From Gemmatimonas sp. (GTDB taxonomy: Bacteria > Gemmatimonadota > Gemmatimonadetes > Gemmatimonadales > Gemmatimonadaceae): a stretch of DNA of 64,000 nt. Location of the stretch: the NCBI GenBank assembly GCA_031414535.1, contig JANNVQ010000014.1, positions 160,001 to 224,000 on the forward strand. Reading direction: 5' to 3'. The notes beneath the pieces were generated by a model. The model did no database searches. It was not told the DNA's origin and saw only the letters and a list, made by a program, of their open reading frames with translations. Positions 29,248 to 37,995 of this stretch are shown in pieces (the first letter of the stretch is position 1; every line of letters begins with the position of its first letter). Position numbers and translations under genes: made by a program.

Positions 29248-30087
29248 TCAGCGCTTGCGAGCCACGAGCAGCACGAGGTCGCCAAGTCGGTACGGCAGCT
29301 CCACACCACGCGCCGCAGCAGGGGCAGGCAGCCCGAGAACTTCCAGACCGCGGGCCAGCGAAATCCAACGAGTCACTGAACCATACGACACCCAAGACCA
29401 CTCAGTCTCTGGCAGAAGTCTCCGCAGGGATCGGCGGTTGAACCATGTCGTCACGCGCTCTGGCGACCATTGGTGCCAGCGCGCACCACTCATTCGTGCG
29501 ACTAGTGCATCGCGGTCCCACGTTTCGATGCAGAGCAAGCCGCCAGGGGCGAGCATGCGCCGTGCCCGCGCAACTGCGCGCGCGGGCTCCGCACAATGCT
29601 CCAGTACGTTCAGCATCGTCACGGCATCTCGCGACCCTGCTTCCCCCGCGTCACCGTCCACGGCGTCAAAGGCCTCCGTGCGCACCTTGAGCCCAGCCAG
29701 TCGCGCGTGGTCAGTTGCCCACGCACTCACGTCTGCGCCGGCCGCCTGCCAGCCACGGCTCTCGGCCTCGCGGAGCAGAAATCCGGCTGCACACCCAACG
29801 TCAAAGAGCCGGCGCCCTTCGTTGACCCTCTCGAGCCGCCGCAAATATCGGGCGGCCTGACGACGTAGCGTCGGCCCCTCAGCGAGATAGTCGGCGTAGC
29901 CGTCCGACGCATCGCCACGGAAGTACTCAGGGGCAAATCGCGTGGCCGCCTGCGCCGAATCAAACGGGCGATGATATACCGCGTCGCAGAGCCCACAACG
30001 CCAGAGTCGGTGCACCCCAATATCCACTGCGCGGGCCTGCTCACTCGCGCAGATAAGACAGCGAGGCGCTAAAAGCTCATCAGGCAC
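29248..30087 (-). CDS. Class I SAM-dependent methyltransferase with N-terminal CxxC-CxxC
   Basis: CLIC..CGLC, DVGCAAG, VLEH, LAPGG; GTG start 30087. Confidence 0.82.
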   Translation of the reverse strand: MPDELLAPRCLICASEQARAVDIGVHRLWRCGLCDAVYHRPFDSAQAATRFAPEYFRGDASDGYADYLAEGPTLRRQAARYLRRLERVNEGRRLFDVGCAAGFLLREAESRGWQAAGADVSAWATDHARLAGLKVRTEAFDAVDGDAGEAGSRDAVTMLNVLEHCAEPARAVARARRMLAPGGLLCIETWDRDALVARMSGARWHQWSPERVTTWFNRRSLRRLLPETEWSWVSYGSVTRWISLARGLEVLGLPAPAAARGVELPYRLGDLVLLVARKR

Positions 30088-31750
30088 CAGTCGCGAGGCT
30101 GAGGAGCCGTGAAGCGAACGGAAGCTGAACAGGCTCGATGGGCAGCGATGCATCCACCAGTTCGCAGCCAGTCACGCAGGTCGCTGCGAGGCGCCGCACT
30201 TCCTCGTAGCTCTGCGGCCCAACACCACCATAGCGCGCACGCAGGAATGCGTCTGTGTCACGCACCTCACGCGACACGGCGCGCTCCACATCGCGGAAGG
30301 CGACCATGACATTCTGTACAACCACATGCTCAACCTTTTTCCGGCCGTAACCGATACCCACTACCGCGCCTGCAGGTAACGCAAGACCACGCCAAATGGT
30401 GCAGAAATCGAATAGCCGCGGCGAAGGCAGAGCTTGCAAAGCGTGTGACGCTAGCGGCCGATACAGCTCGTGCGCGACTGCCGCGAACAAGGCGTCGGCA
30501 CCGCTAAGCGCGCGCTCAAGATCCTGCGTGAAGCAGTCCTCAAGACCGAGGCGGCGAATATTGACGTCGTCCGGCTTCACGAAGGGATCGTGCACGATGA
30601 CGTCCGCGCCAGCCTCGCGCGCGAGCTTCGCAAAGATCAGCGCCGCAGAGTTGCGCGTGTCCTCCGACTCGGCGCGGTACGCCGCACCGAGCACTGCAAT
30701 GCGCTTCCCGCGCGGATCACCGAGCGCGGCGTTTACTCTCGCCCAAGCCAAGGTCGGCGACACGTCATTCACCTCGCGGCTCGCGAGAATCAAACTCTTT
30801 GCTGCAGCGGGGTCCCGAGCTTCAAGCCGCCGCCACCAGAGGAGCACTCCGTCCTTCGGCAAACAGTGGCCGCCCACGCCCACGGTGGGTACCAGCACGC
30901 CGCCGTGCGGCACGGCCGTTGGGTCTTGGCTCGCGTTGTCCTCCTGCGCGAGTCCCGCGTTCACGCGGTCGCGAAGATCAAAGAAGTCCAGGTTCTCAGC
31001 GTCACACCAACGTGCCAACTCCGCCGAGAAGGCGATGCGAACATCGCGATAGGCGTTCTCCAAGGTCTTCACGATTTCGGCCGTGAGGCTGTCCGTGACG
31101 TGAAGCGTACCGGCCGTGACGATGCCCGAGTACAGCGTCGCGACCTCAGCTGCCGTGGCGGGATCGAGCGCTCCGACGAGCTTGTCGCTCGCAGCGACTC
31201 GCGCCACCAGCCGGCCCGGCATCACACGGTTTGGTGAGTTCGCAAGGCGCACATGCTGACCTTCGATAAGGCCCTGCGCCGCGAATCGCTCGCGCACCAC
31301 CGTGGCCATAGACGAGGGCGCCAACGTGGACTCAATGATGACGAGCGGCGCGCTAAGACCTGGGCGCCGCGCGCGAAACGCTATGGCGAGCGCATCGAGC
31401 GCCGCAAAGAGCGGCACGTAGTCCGGCGCGATGCCATCCTTGTCCGTCTGCACGCAGACGAGAACGATTTCAGCGTTCGCGAGATCGTCCACATCATGCG
31501 TGGCGCCGAGGTGGCCGCTCGCGACCGTGCGTCGCACGATTGCATCGAGGCTTGGCTCCGCCCCGCCAATCGGAGATTCACCCCGATTGATGGCGCCCAC
31601 CTTCCAGCCTGAGGTCGCGGAGTTGCGCTGAACCACGAGCACGCGCCGGCCCGCTGAGCCGCGCTTCGCCTCGACATCCGCCAAGAGTGCTGCCATGGGC
31701 ATCCCGACGATACCCGGGCCGATTACGCCGATCAGTGATGTCGTCATCAA
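30080..31750 (-). CDS. Nucleotide-sugar dehydrogenase (UDP-glucose/GDP-mannose dehydrogenase family, WecC/WbpA-like)
   Basis: IGPGIVG, IEST, RVMPG, AEIVKTLENAYRDV, GVGGHCLPKD, DTRNS. Confidence 0.88.
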   Translation of the reverse strand: MMTTSLIGVIGPGIVGMPMAALLADVEAKRGSAGRRVLVVQRNSATSGWKVGAINRGESPIGGAEPSLDAIVRRTVASGHLGATHDVDDLANAEIVLVCVQTDKDGIAPDYVPLFAALDALAIAFRARRPGLSAPLVIIESTLAPSSMATVVRERFAAQGLIEGQHVRLANSPNRVMPGRLVARVAASDKLVGALDPATAAEVATLYSGIVTAGTLHVTDSLTAEIVKTLENAYRDVRIAFSAELARWCDAENLDFFDLRDRVNAGLAQEDNASQDPTAVPHGGVLVPTVGVGGHCLPKDGVLLWWRRLEARDPAAAKSLILASREVNDVSPTLAWARVNAALGDPRGKRIAVLGAAYRAESEDTRNSAALIFAKLAREAGADVIVHDPFVKPDDVNIRRLGLEDCFTQDLERALSGADALFAAVAHELYRPLASHALQALPSPRLFDFCTIWRGLALPAGAVVGIGYGRKKVEHVVVQNVMVAFRDVERAVSREVRDTDAFLRARYGGVGPQSYEEVRRLAATCVTGCELVDASLPIEPVQLPFASRLLSLATGA

Positions 31751-33621
31751 TCAATAAAGGTCCGAAACCAGATTTCGAGATTGAGCAATCCCCACGATTG
31801 CCGTGAAAAATCACGCTCATGCCGTAGCAAACCTTCCACGCCTGCGGGGTCGAAAATTCCGCGCTCGCGTGCGCGCGACGACATGAGGGTGTCATGGATG
31901 AAGTCACGCGAGGGCCCGCGTGTCCACAGGTGCAGCGGCACCGGGAAGCCCATCTTGTCCTTGCGGGCAAGCACGGTCTCCGGCACGACACCCTGCGCCG
32001 CCTTCTTCAACAAGTATTTGAGTTCACCGCCACGGAATTTCAGTCGTGGCAACAGCGTGGCCATGAACTCCACAAGTCGGTGATCAAGCAAGGGAACCCG
32101 CGATTCTAATCCAGAGGCCATACTCGCACGATCTTCAACTTGCAGCAGCGCTGGCAAGCCGGCCGTGAGGTCGAAGTGCGTCATCTTGTTGAAGTACGAC
32201 TGCGTATCGGGACGATTAAAGCGTTCGGAGAAGCGCTCGAAGGTGCGCTCCGGATCATGAGAGGCGCGCCAATCTGAACCCAGCACGCTAACGGCGCCGC
32301 CGAGGCGGTCGAGCAAGCGGAAGTACCGACGATCCATCGGCTCAAACACCCCGCTGCGCCAGAACTGCTGGAGCATCGGCGCGTAGCGCTGCAAGGTCGG
32401 GAGGTTCGGGAGAATCGAACGCAGGGATACGATGTGCTCGGCTTCCTCGTTGGTCTCGTAGATGGCGCCCTTGAGCGCTTGCTCGAGATAGGCCACGAGG
32501 TAGCGCGTATAGCCGCCAAAGACCTCATCTCCACCTTGGCCACCGAGCGTAACCTTCACGTGGCGCGCCGCATACGCCGAGACGGCAAACTGCGGAATCA
32601 CGCCAGGACCAGCGGCCGGCTCATCGAGATGCCACACCAAGCGCGGTAGCAGCGTCGAGATGTCGCCCACGTCGGGCACGATCTCGTGCAAAGCCAATCC
32701 ACGCGATTCGGCTACCGCGCGCGCGTACGGCGTCTCGTCAAAGTCCGGTCCCTCACGGAACACGCCAGTGAAGGCATGCATTCCCGCTGCGAGATTCGGT
32801 GCGGCCAGGCAGGCGATCATTGAAGAGTCAAGTCCACCGCTGAGATGACTTCCCACGGGCACGTCGCTGCGCAACTGAAGCCGCACGGCGTCCTCAAGCA
32901 ATGCACGGAGGCGTTCGACGGCGTCCGCTTCCGTGATCGAGGAGTCCACGTTGTAGCTGGGTGACCAATAGGTCGCGCTTTGCACGCGGCCGTCAGCGAG
33001 CCCAACAAGTTGATACGTGCCGGGCTCTAGCTTGTAGATACCGCGGAACAGGGTGCGATCGCCGAGCACGAACTGATACGTCAGATAGTCTTCGAGCGCC
33101 TCAAGGTCCACCGCGCGTTCGAGGTCGGGAAGCTCCAACAGTGCCTTGATCTCCGAGGCCCACGCGAAGCGCCCGCTAACGCGCGTCCAGTAAAGCGGCT
33201 TGATGCCCAGCCGATCGCGTGCCGCGAAGATGTGCCCGCGCGCGGAATCCACCAAGACGAAAGCGAACATGCCGTTGAGCCGCGACAGCGCATCCGTGCC
33301 CCATTCGCGATACGCCTTGAGGATCACCTCCGTGTCGGAAGCGGTGCGGAACTGGTGCCCGCGACCGCGCAGTTCATCGCGCAGTTCACGATAGTTGTAG
33401 ATTTCGCCGTTGTAGGTGATGGCGAGATCACCGTCGTGCATCGGTTGTGCGCCGGTGGCGACATCGATGATGGCTAAGCGCGCGTGGAAGAGCGCCACCG
33501 CACCGGCCGTGGACACCGCAAGTCCGTCGGGACCGCGATGCTGAATGCGCTCACCTAGCCGCCGCGCGAGTTCTGGTTCCGCCGCACGCCCAGGCGCAAA
33601 GACCGCAACGATGCCGCACAT
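31747..33621 (-). CDS. asnB: Asparagine synthase (glutamine-hydrolysing) family amidotransferase, second copy
   Basis: MCGI, HRGPDG, NGEIYN, LSGGLDSS, GQGGDEVFGGY, RKDKMGF. Confidence 0.92.
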   Translation of the reverse strand: MCGIVAVFAPGRAAEPELARRLGERIQHRGPDGLAVSTAGAVALFHARLAIIDVATGAQPMHDGDLAITYNGEIYNYRELRDELRGRGHQFRTASDTEVILKAYREWGTDALSRLNGMFAFVLVDSARGHIFAARDRLGIKPLYWTRVSGRFAWASEIKALLELPDLERAVDLEALEDYLTYQFVLGDRTLFRGIYKLEPGTYQLVGLADGRVQSATYWSPSYNVDSSITEADAVERLRALLEDAVRLQLRSDVPVGSHLSGGLDSSMIACLAAPNLAAGMHAFTGVFREGPDFDETPYARAVAESRGLALHEIVPDVGDISTLLPRLVWHLDEPAAGPGVIPQFAVSAYAARHVKVTLGGQGGDEVFGGYTRYLVAYLEQALKGAIYETNEEAEHIVSLRSILPNLPTLQRYAPMLQQFWRSGVFEPMDRRYFRLLDRLGGAVSVLGSDWRASHDPERTFERFSERFNRPDTQSYFNKMTHFDLTAGLPALLQVEDRASMASGLESRVPLLDHRLVEFMATLLPRLKFRGGELKYLLKKAAQGVVPETVLARKDKMGFPVPLHLWTRGPSRDFIHDTLMSSRARERGIFDPAGVEGLLRHERDFSRQSWGLLNLEIWFRTFID

Positions 33622-33623
33622 CG

Positions 33624-34592
33624 CTAGCGTGCGCCGATGACGCGCGTCTTCAACGCCGTCGCGTCGAGTCGCGACGCAAAAGCGCCGAGCGTTTGCACAT
33701 CGAATCCGTCGCGCAGGCGCACCAAGGTCTCGCGCACGAACGCCCGCTTCTGCGCGCCAGGCAAGTCCATTCCGGGAAAGAAGCGCAGGCCTGCGACGTC
33801 GTCGCCGCCGAGGAAGTCCAGTGGATGCAACAAGAGGCTAGGCGGCGTTCCCGTGGCGCGGCAGAGGCTGAGCGCGGTGCGGAAGTACCCGCGCGCGAGC
33901 GCCGGTGAGCGGCGGGCGAGGTAGATGAGATAGCTCGGATGAAACGGTGCGCGAGTCACAGGCATGGTCGTCACCGGAATCTCCAGCAATGCGGCACCGG
34001 ACCGCAACTGCAAGCGATGCGGAGCGAGTGGGCGGAATCCGTCGGCGAAGCGCCCAAATAGCAATCGGCGCGTGTTGCGTGCCTCAGCACTCAGCTTTGC
34101 CGCGCGAAAATAGTACCAGCGAGCGAGTGGGCCGATGAAGGTCGGTAGCGTGGATGCGTCATAGCGGTAGCCGCGAGCCGCGAGCAGCTCGAGCAGGGCC
34201 GGACTCCAACTGTAGCCCGGTCCCCGGAAACCCACCGGCCGGCAACCCGTGGCCGCGATAATGGCCGCCTCGCTACGATCCAACTCCGCACTGAGTTGCT
34301 CCACGCTGTACTCGTGCAACCACGACTCATGCTCGTGCGAGTGATTGCCAATCTCGTGCCCGTCTTCCGCAAGACCACGCAGCAGAGCAGCGTTCTCGGG
34401 CCGCGCGGCATCGGCACCAACCACGAAGACCGTAAGCCGCAGGTCGAGATCACGCAGCGCGGCGCGCACGATAGGGATGAATATCGCGAGATAGCTCGGA
34501 CGAGATTCCCATCGCGGATCGCCTTGGACCTTGAGGTAGGTCCACTCGTCGTCGAGGTCGAGCGACAGCGTGGCCAGCGGGCGGGCGGGCAT
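33624..34592 (-). CDS. Polysaccharide deacetylase family protein
   Basis: SLDLDD, HEIGNHSHEH, GFRGPG, YDAS, LHPLDF. Confidence 0.85.
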   Translation of the reverse strand: MPARPLATLSLDLDDEWTYLKVQGDPRWESRPSYLAIFIPIVRAALRDLDLRLTVFVVGADAARPENAALLRGLAEDGHEIGNHSHEHESWLHEYSVEQLSAELDRSEAAIIAATGCRPVGFRGPGYSWSPALLELLAARGYRYDASTLPTFIGPLARWYYFRAAKLSAEARNTRRLLFGRFADGFRPLAPHRLQLRSGAALLEIPVTTMPVTRAPFHPSYLIYLARRSPALARGYFRTALSLCRATGTPPSLLLHPLDFLGGDDVAGLRFFPGMDLPGAQKRAFVRETLVRLRDGFDVQTLGAFASRLDATALKTRVIGAR

Positions 34593-35920
34593 CAGGCTGA
34601 GGTGGACGCGAGCGCTGCTTCCAATGCAGGCAGGGAGCGCTCGGCCAAGCCAACCGTCTCATTGGCGTTGAGCGTGCCGTTCACAATCTGCGCGGAGTTC
34701 ACGATGTAGAGCCCGGGAATTGACGTCGTCATCGCAGGACAGGCGTCGCGACTGTAGTTGAGCGTGGGCACGGCCTGCACTTCTCGCGCCCTCGACACCG
34801 ACGCATGCTTGATGGCCTCGGGGGGCAGCTTCGGGAAGAGCCGACCAACTCCGCGTTGGAATTCGTCGAGCACCTCAGCGTCGGACTTCGACCACCAGGA
34901 ATCAGACGCCGTACAGTAGCGTGGAACATAGGCCAGCGTGAGGCCACCAAACTCACTGGGCGGCACCAACGCCGTCATCTCCACCACGGTGGTGAATGGA
35001 AATCCCGGTTCTGTGATATTGGTGACGTAGTAGCCCGAGAGCGGGCGATCGAGCAGCAGGCTCGCGCAGATCACACCTTGGTACACCACGCGCCCGAGGC
35101 GCGCGTGCTCGCCTGCTTGCAGGCTCGGGCAGAGCCGCGTCACCACACCACAGGGCACCGTGAGGACCACGGAGTCAAACCGTCGCACGACACCGCCCAC
35201 CTGCAACTCGACCCCCCGCCCATTCTCGCGAACCGCTTCGACCCGCTCCACGCGCTGGCCAACTTCGATCACGCCGCTCGCAGATTCGAACGCGCTTCGC
35301 AGCGCACGAAGCGTCGTCGCGTACCCGCCTGCCAAATAACCGAAGCGCTCACGCTTAAGCCCCGAGCGCCGCGCCGCGTACATCCTCGCGATGATGGCCC
35401 AAATAAATGAAGCGCTTGCGAGCCGCCAATTCTCACCAAGCTTGGCCTCGAGCAGTGGGCGCCAGATTCGTTGGAAGGTTCGTTCACCCGACCAGCGACG
35501 CAGCCAGACATCTACCGGTTCCCGCTCAAGCGGCGCTGCATCGCGGATATTGGCGGCGCGCAGAATGGTCGCCGCGAGCCTTGCTTTGTCCACGAGCCCG
35601 AGCGGTGGGAAACGCAGGAACTCCACCGCGCTCGACATCGAGTGAAATCGACCGTCCGTGTAGAAGCCAGTGCGCGTCGTGCCCCACCGGAGTTCACCGC
35701 GCAGTCCAAGCTCGGCAAGAAGCCCGAGCAGTGCGCGGTCTGACTCCAGTGTCACGTGATAGAACCGGTCCCACGTGAAGCCGCCGAGCTCCTGCGGCGC
35801 CGCCAGTCCACCAAGCTCGGCATTTCCTTCGAGCACCCGCACGCGATGACCACGCTGCGCGAGTCGCAATCCAAGTGTGAGGCCAAGTATGCCTCCGCCG
35901 ACTACGGCGACCTCAGCCAT
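34592..35920 (-). CDS. FAD-dependent oxidoreductase (protoporphyrinogen oxidase-like fold)
   Basis: VVGGGILG, E...LGGLA, DRFYH. Confidence 0.78.
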   Translation of the reverse strand: MAEVAVVGGGILGLTLGLRLAQRGHRVRVLEGNAELGGLAAPQELGGFTWDRFYHVTLESDRALLGLLAELGLRGELRWGTTRTGFYTDGRFHSMSSAVEFLRFPPLGLVDKARLAATILRAANIRDAAPLEREPVDVWLRRWSGERTFQRIWRPLLEAKLGENWRLASASFIWAIIARMYAARRSGLKRERFGYLAGGYATTLRALRSAFESASGVIEVGQRVERVEAVRENGRGVELQVGGVVRRFDSVVLTVPCGVVTRLCPSLQAGEHARLGRVVYQGVICASLLLDRPLSGYYVTNITEPGFPFTTVVEMTALVPPSEFGGLTLAYVPRYCTASDSWWSKSDAEVLDEFQRGVGRLFPKLPPEAIKHASVSRAREVQAVPTLNYSRDACPAMTTSIPGLYIVNSAQIVNGTLNANETVGLAERSLPALEAALASTSA

Positions 35921-37644
35921 CAGTTGCGCACGCGTGGGGCAAGACCCACCGAGCCCCAGACCCGCCCCAGCAACAAGCGCGCAATCATCACAAGATGACC
36001 GCCGATAATGCGAAGAATGCGGAGCTTCGAGCGACCAAGCATTCGCACTTCAAGCGTCGTCGGGAACTCAACAATGCGGTGCCCCGCCAAGTCGAGACGG
36101 CATAGCATCTCCGTCACACCCAAGAATCCCGTACGGTCGAGAGTCATCCCAGCCATTGCCTCGCGGCGGTATACACGGAAGCAACTGGTGTAGGTCGCGA
36201 GTTGGTTGCGCAGCACCAAGCGATACAGACGCGAAAGATTCCTGGAGAGCGCGAGCCGCCAAGTGGGGACGTTCCGCACCGCGCCACGCGGATGGTAGGG
36301 CGATGCCGTGACCAGCGCGACACCCGACGTCAGCAGCGGAATCATTTCGGCGAGGCGATGCGGATCGTAAGTACAGTCGCAGTCAATCGAGCAGATGACG
36401 TCCGTCCCCGCCTCCGCGATGCCCCGCAGAATGGCACCCGCTGGACCCTCATTCGCTCGCAGCCGTAGAATCCTGCAGTTGGCGTGCGTTCCAAAGAGCC
36501 TTTCGAGAGACGCCGCCGTGCCGTCCGTGCTACAATCATCCACGAAGATGAAGCGCAGATCGTAGGACCGACTGAGTTCAGCCTCCACGGAGCGCAGCGT
36601 GTTTGCCAGGTAGGGGAGAATCAACTCCTCGTTATAACAAGGCACCACCACCGTAACGGCCTGCTGCGTCGTAGGCTCTCGCGAACTCTCGCTCACAGCA
36701 GGAGCGGCCAACGCCGCCGCTAGAGAAGCATCGCTCGCACGCGGCGAGACGAGTTGTGCCGTTTCGCCGCGATCTAGCCCGAGATAATCACTGATCGAGG
36801 TGAATGGAACCTCGCGAAGGAACCACCCCAGCCGCTCGGGCATCATTTCGAGATTGCGATAATGACGCAAGCGCTGCGCTGCCCGCGCCGCGCTGATGCG
36901 CGGTTGGTCGGCATCCAACTCCCACGTGTGGAAGTAGAGCACTAGGGGAGCACTTTCACCCGCTAGCCACTGCCGTGCGCCGAGACGCACGAGCCACTGC
37001 GGAAGTTGCCTGAGGTAGTTGCCACCGAGCGGCACGTTCCGCCCCAACACACGCATGCTCGCGACCGGAAACTCCCAAATGCTCCCGTCGCCCACCCGAT
37101 GCCGATGCGAGACGCCGCGCCAATGATGCTCGGAGTTCTGACCAAGTCGCGGGGCGAAACTCGAGTCATAGCGGTAGCCCTGTGCCGTCAGGACGTCGAG
37201 CGCCCAAAGGTCGGCCTCTTGAAGCCACTCACCTGCCACCCGATACCCATGCACGCGTCGGCCGGAGGCTCGCTCAATGGCATCGCGTGCGCGCAGGAGA
37301 TCGTCCGCAAACTCCCCGGGCGTCATCCCGCCGATGTTGCGGTGGTAGTACCCCTTACTCGCCACCTCGTGGCCGCGGTCCGCTACCTCACGCACCAGCT
37401 CGGGCACCTGCTCCGCCACCCAGCCGAGCACGAAGAAGGTGGCGCGCACTTTGTGTTCGTCGAGCAGGTCAAGCGTCCGGCGAGTGCCATGCTCCACCCG
37501 CGACTCAAAGCGATACCACTCACCCCGCTGCACCAGTTGGTTGAAGGCCCCAACCTGGAAGTAGTCCTCCATCGCAACTGTGAGCAGGTGCTGCCCCGAG
37601 GTTATGCTCTGGGGAGCGCCTTGTGCATTCGGTGATTGAGGCAA
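35920..37644 (-). CDS. Fusion: XrtA-type polysaccharide deacetylase-like domain + GT2 glycosyltransferase
   Basis: N-terminal EDYF, ATFFVLGWVAE, YDSS, YFHTWELD; C-terminal VVVPCYNEE, VDDCSTDGT, IDCD. Confidence 0.85.
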   Translation of the reverse strand: MPQSPNAQGAPQSITSGQHLLTVAMEDYFQVGAFNQLVQRGEWYRFESRVEHGTRRTLDLLDEHKVRATFFVLGWVAEQVPELVREVADRGHEVASKGYYHRNIGGMTPGEFADDLLRARDAIERASGRRVHGYRVAGEWLQEADLWALDVLTAQGYRYDSSFAPRLGQNSEHHWRGVSHRHRVGDGSIWEFPVASMRVLGRNVPLGGNYLRQLPQWLVRLGARQWLAGESAPLVLYFHTWELDADQPRISAARAAQRLRHYRNLEMMPERLGWFLREVPFTSISDYLGLDRGETAQLVSPRASDASLAAALAAPAVSESSREPTTQQAVTVVVPCYNEELILPYLANTLRSVEAELSRSYDLRFIFVDDCSTDGTAASLERLFGTHANCRILRLRANEGPAGAILRGIAEAGTDVICSIDCDCTYDPHRLAEMIPLLTSGVALVTASPYHPRGAVRNVPTWRLALSRNLSRLYRLVLRNQLATYTSCFRVYRREAMAGMTLDRTGFLGVTEMLCRLDLAGHRIVEFPTTLEVRMLGRSKLRILRIIGGHLVMIARLLLGRVWGSVGLAPRVRN

Positions 37645-37681
37645 TGCCGGTGAAGCGATTTGTGGGTCCGACTAGAGGAGG

Positions 37682-37716
37682 ATGCGCAATATCTCAATGA
37701 TTGCGCCTCGCGCAAC
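37682..37716. promoter_or_regulatory. Candidate regulator site ATGCGCAA-N11-TTGCGCCTCGCGCAAC in a divergent intergenic region
   Basis: Dyad TTGCG/CGCAA; similar arrangement at 54132-54171. Confidence 0.3.
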
Positions 37717-37846
37717 CGAGTGGGCCATCGCGCCGGAGATGCCCCAACCTGCTTCCATCTGTTGCACATACGCCACACTTTCCGCAGATTCGCTTCGTGG
37801 CCTCTACACTCATGCTCCGTGATGAGCATTGAGGCGGCCGACAAGC

Positions 37847-37861
37847 AGGCACGGCTCTGGC
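37847..37861 (+). promoter_or_regulatory. Possible sigma54 -24/-12 promoter upstream of the NRPS
   Basis: AGGCACGGCTCTGGC vs consensus TGGCACGnnnnTTGC; correct GG-N10-GC spacing, two mismatches. Confidence 0.28.
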
Positions 37862-37995
37862 GTAATGCGTTGTCCTGTTTAAACTTACACTGCCTTCCGA
37901 TTCGGTCCAAAACGCTTCGGATTGCGGCCCTACTCCTGCTGTAGTTCACTGCGTTAGTGGACCGCCGTCAAGATTTCGACTTCCCGAGTTGCGTA

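Noticed and set aside
14082..33621. Housekeeping asparagine synthesis or lasso-peptide cyclase role for the AsnB copies
   Set aside because: Both have intact N-terminal Cys glutaminase domains, sit among sugar genes, and no precursor peptide or B protein is visible.
34592..35920. Protoporphyrinogen oxidase (hemY) call
   Set aside because: Only fold-level similarity; no heme genes nearby, and it is coupled to glycan genes.
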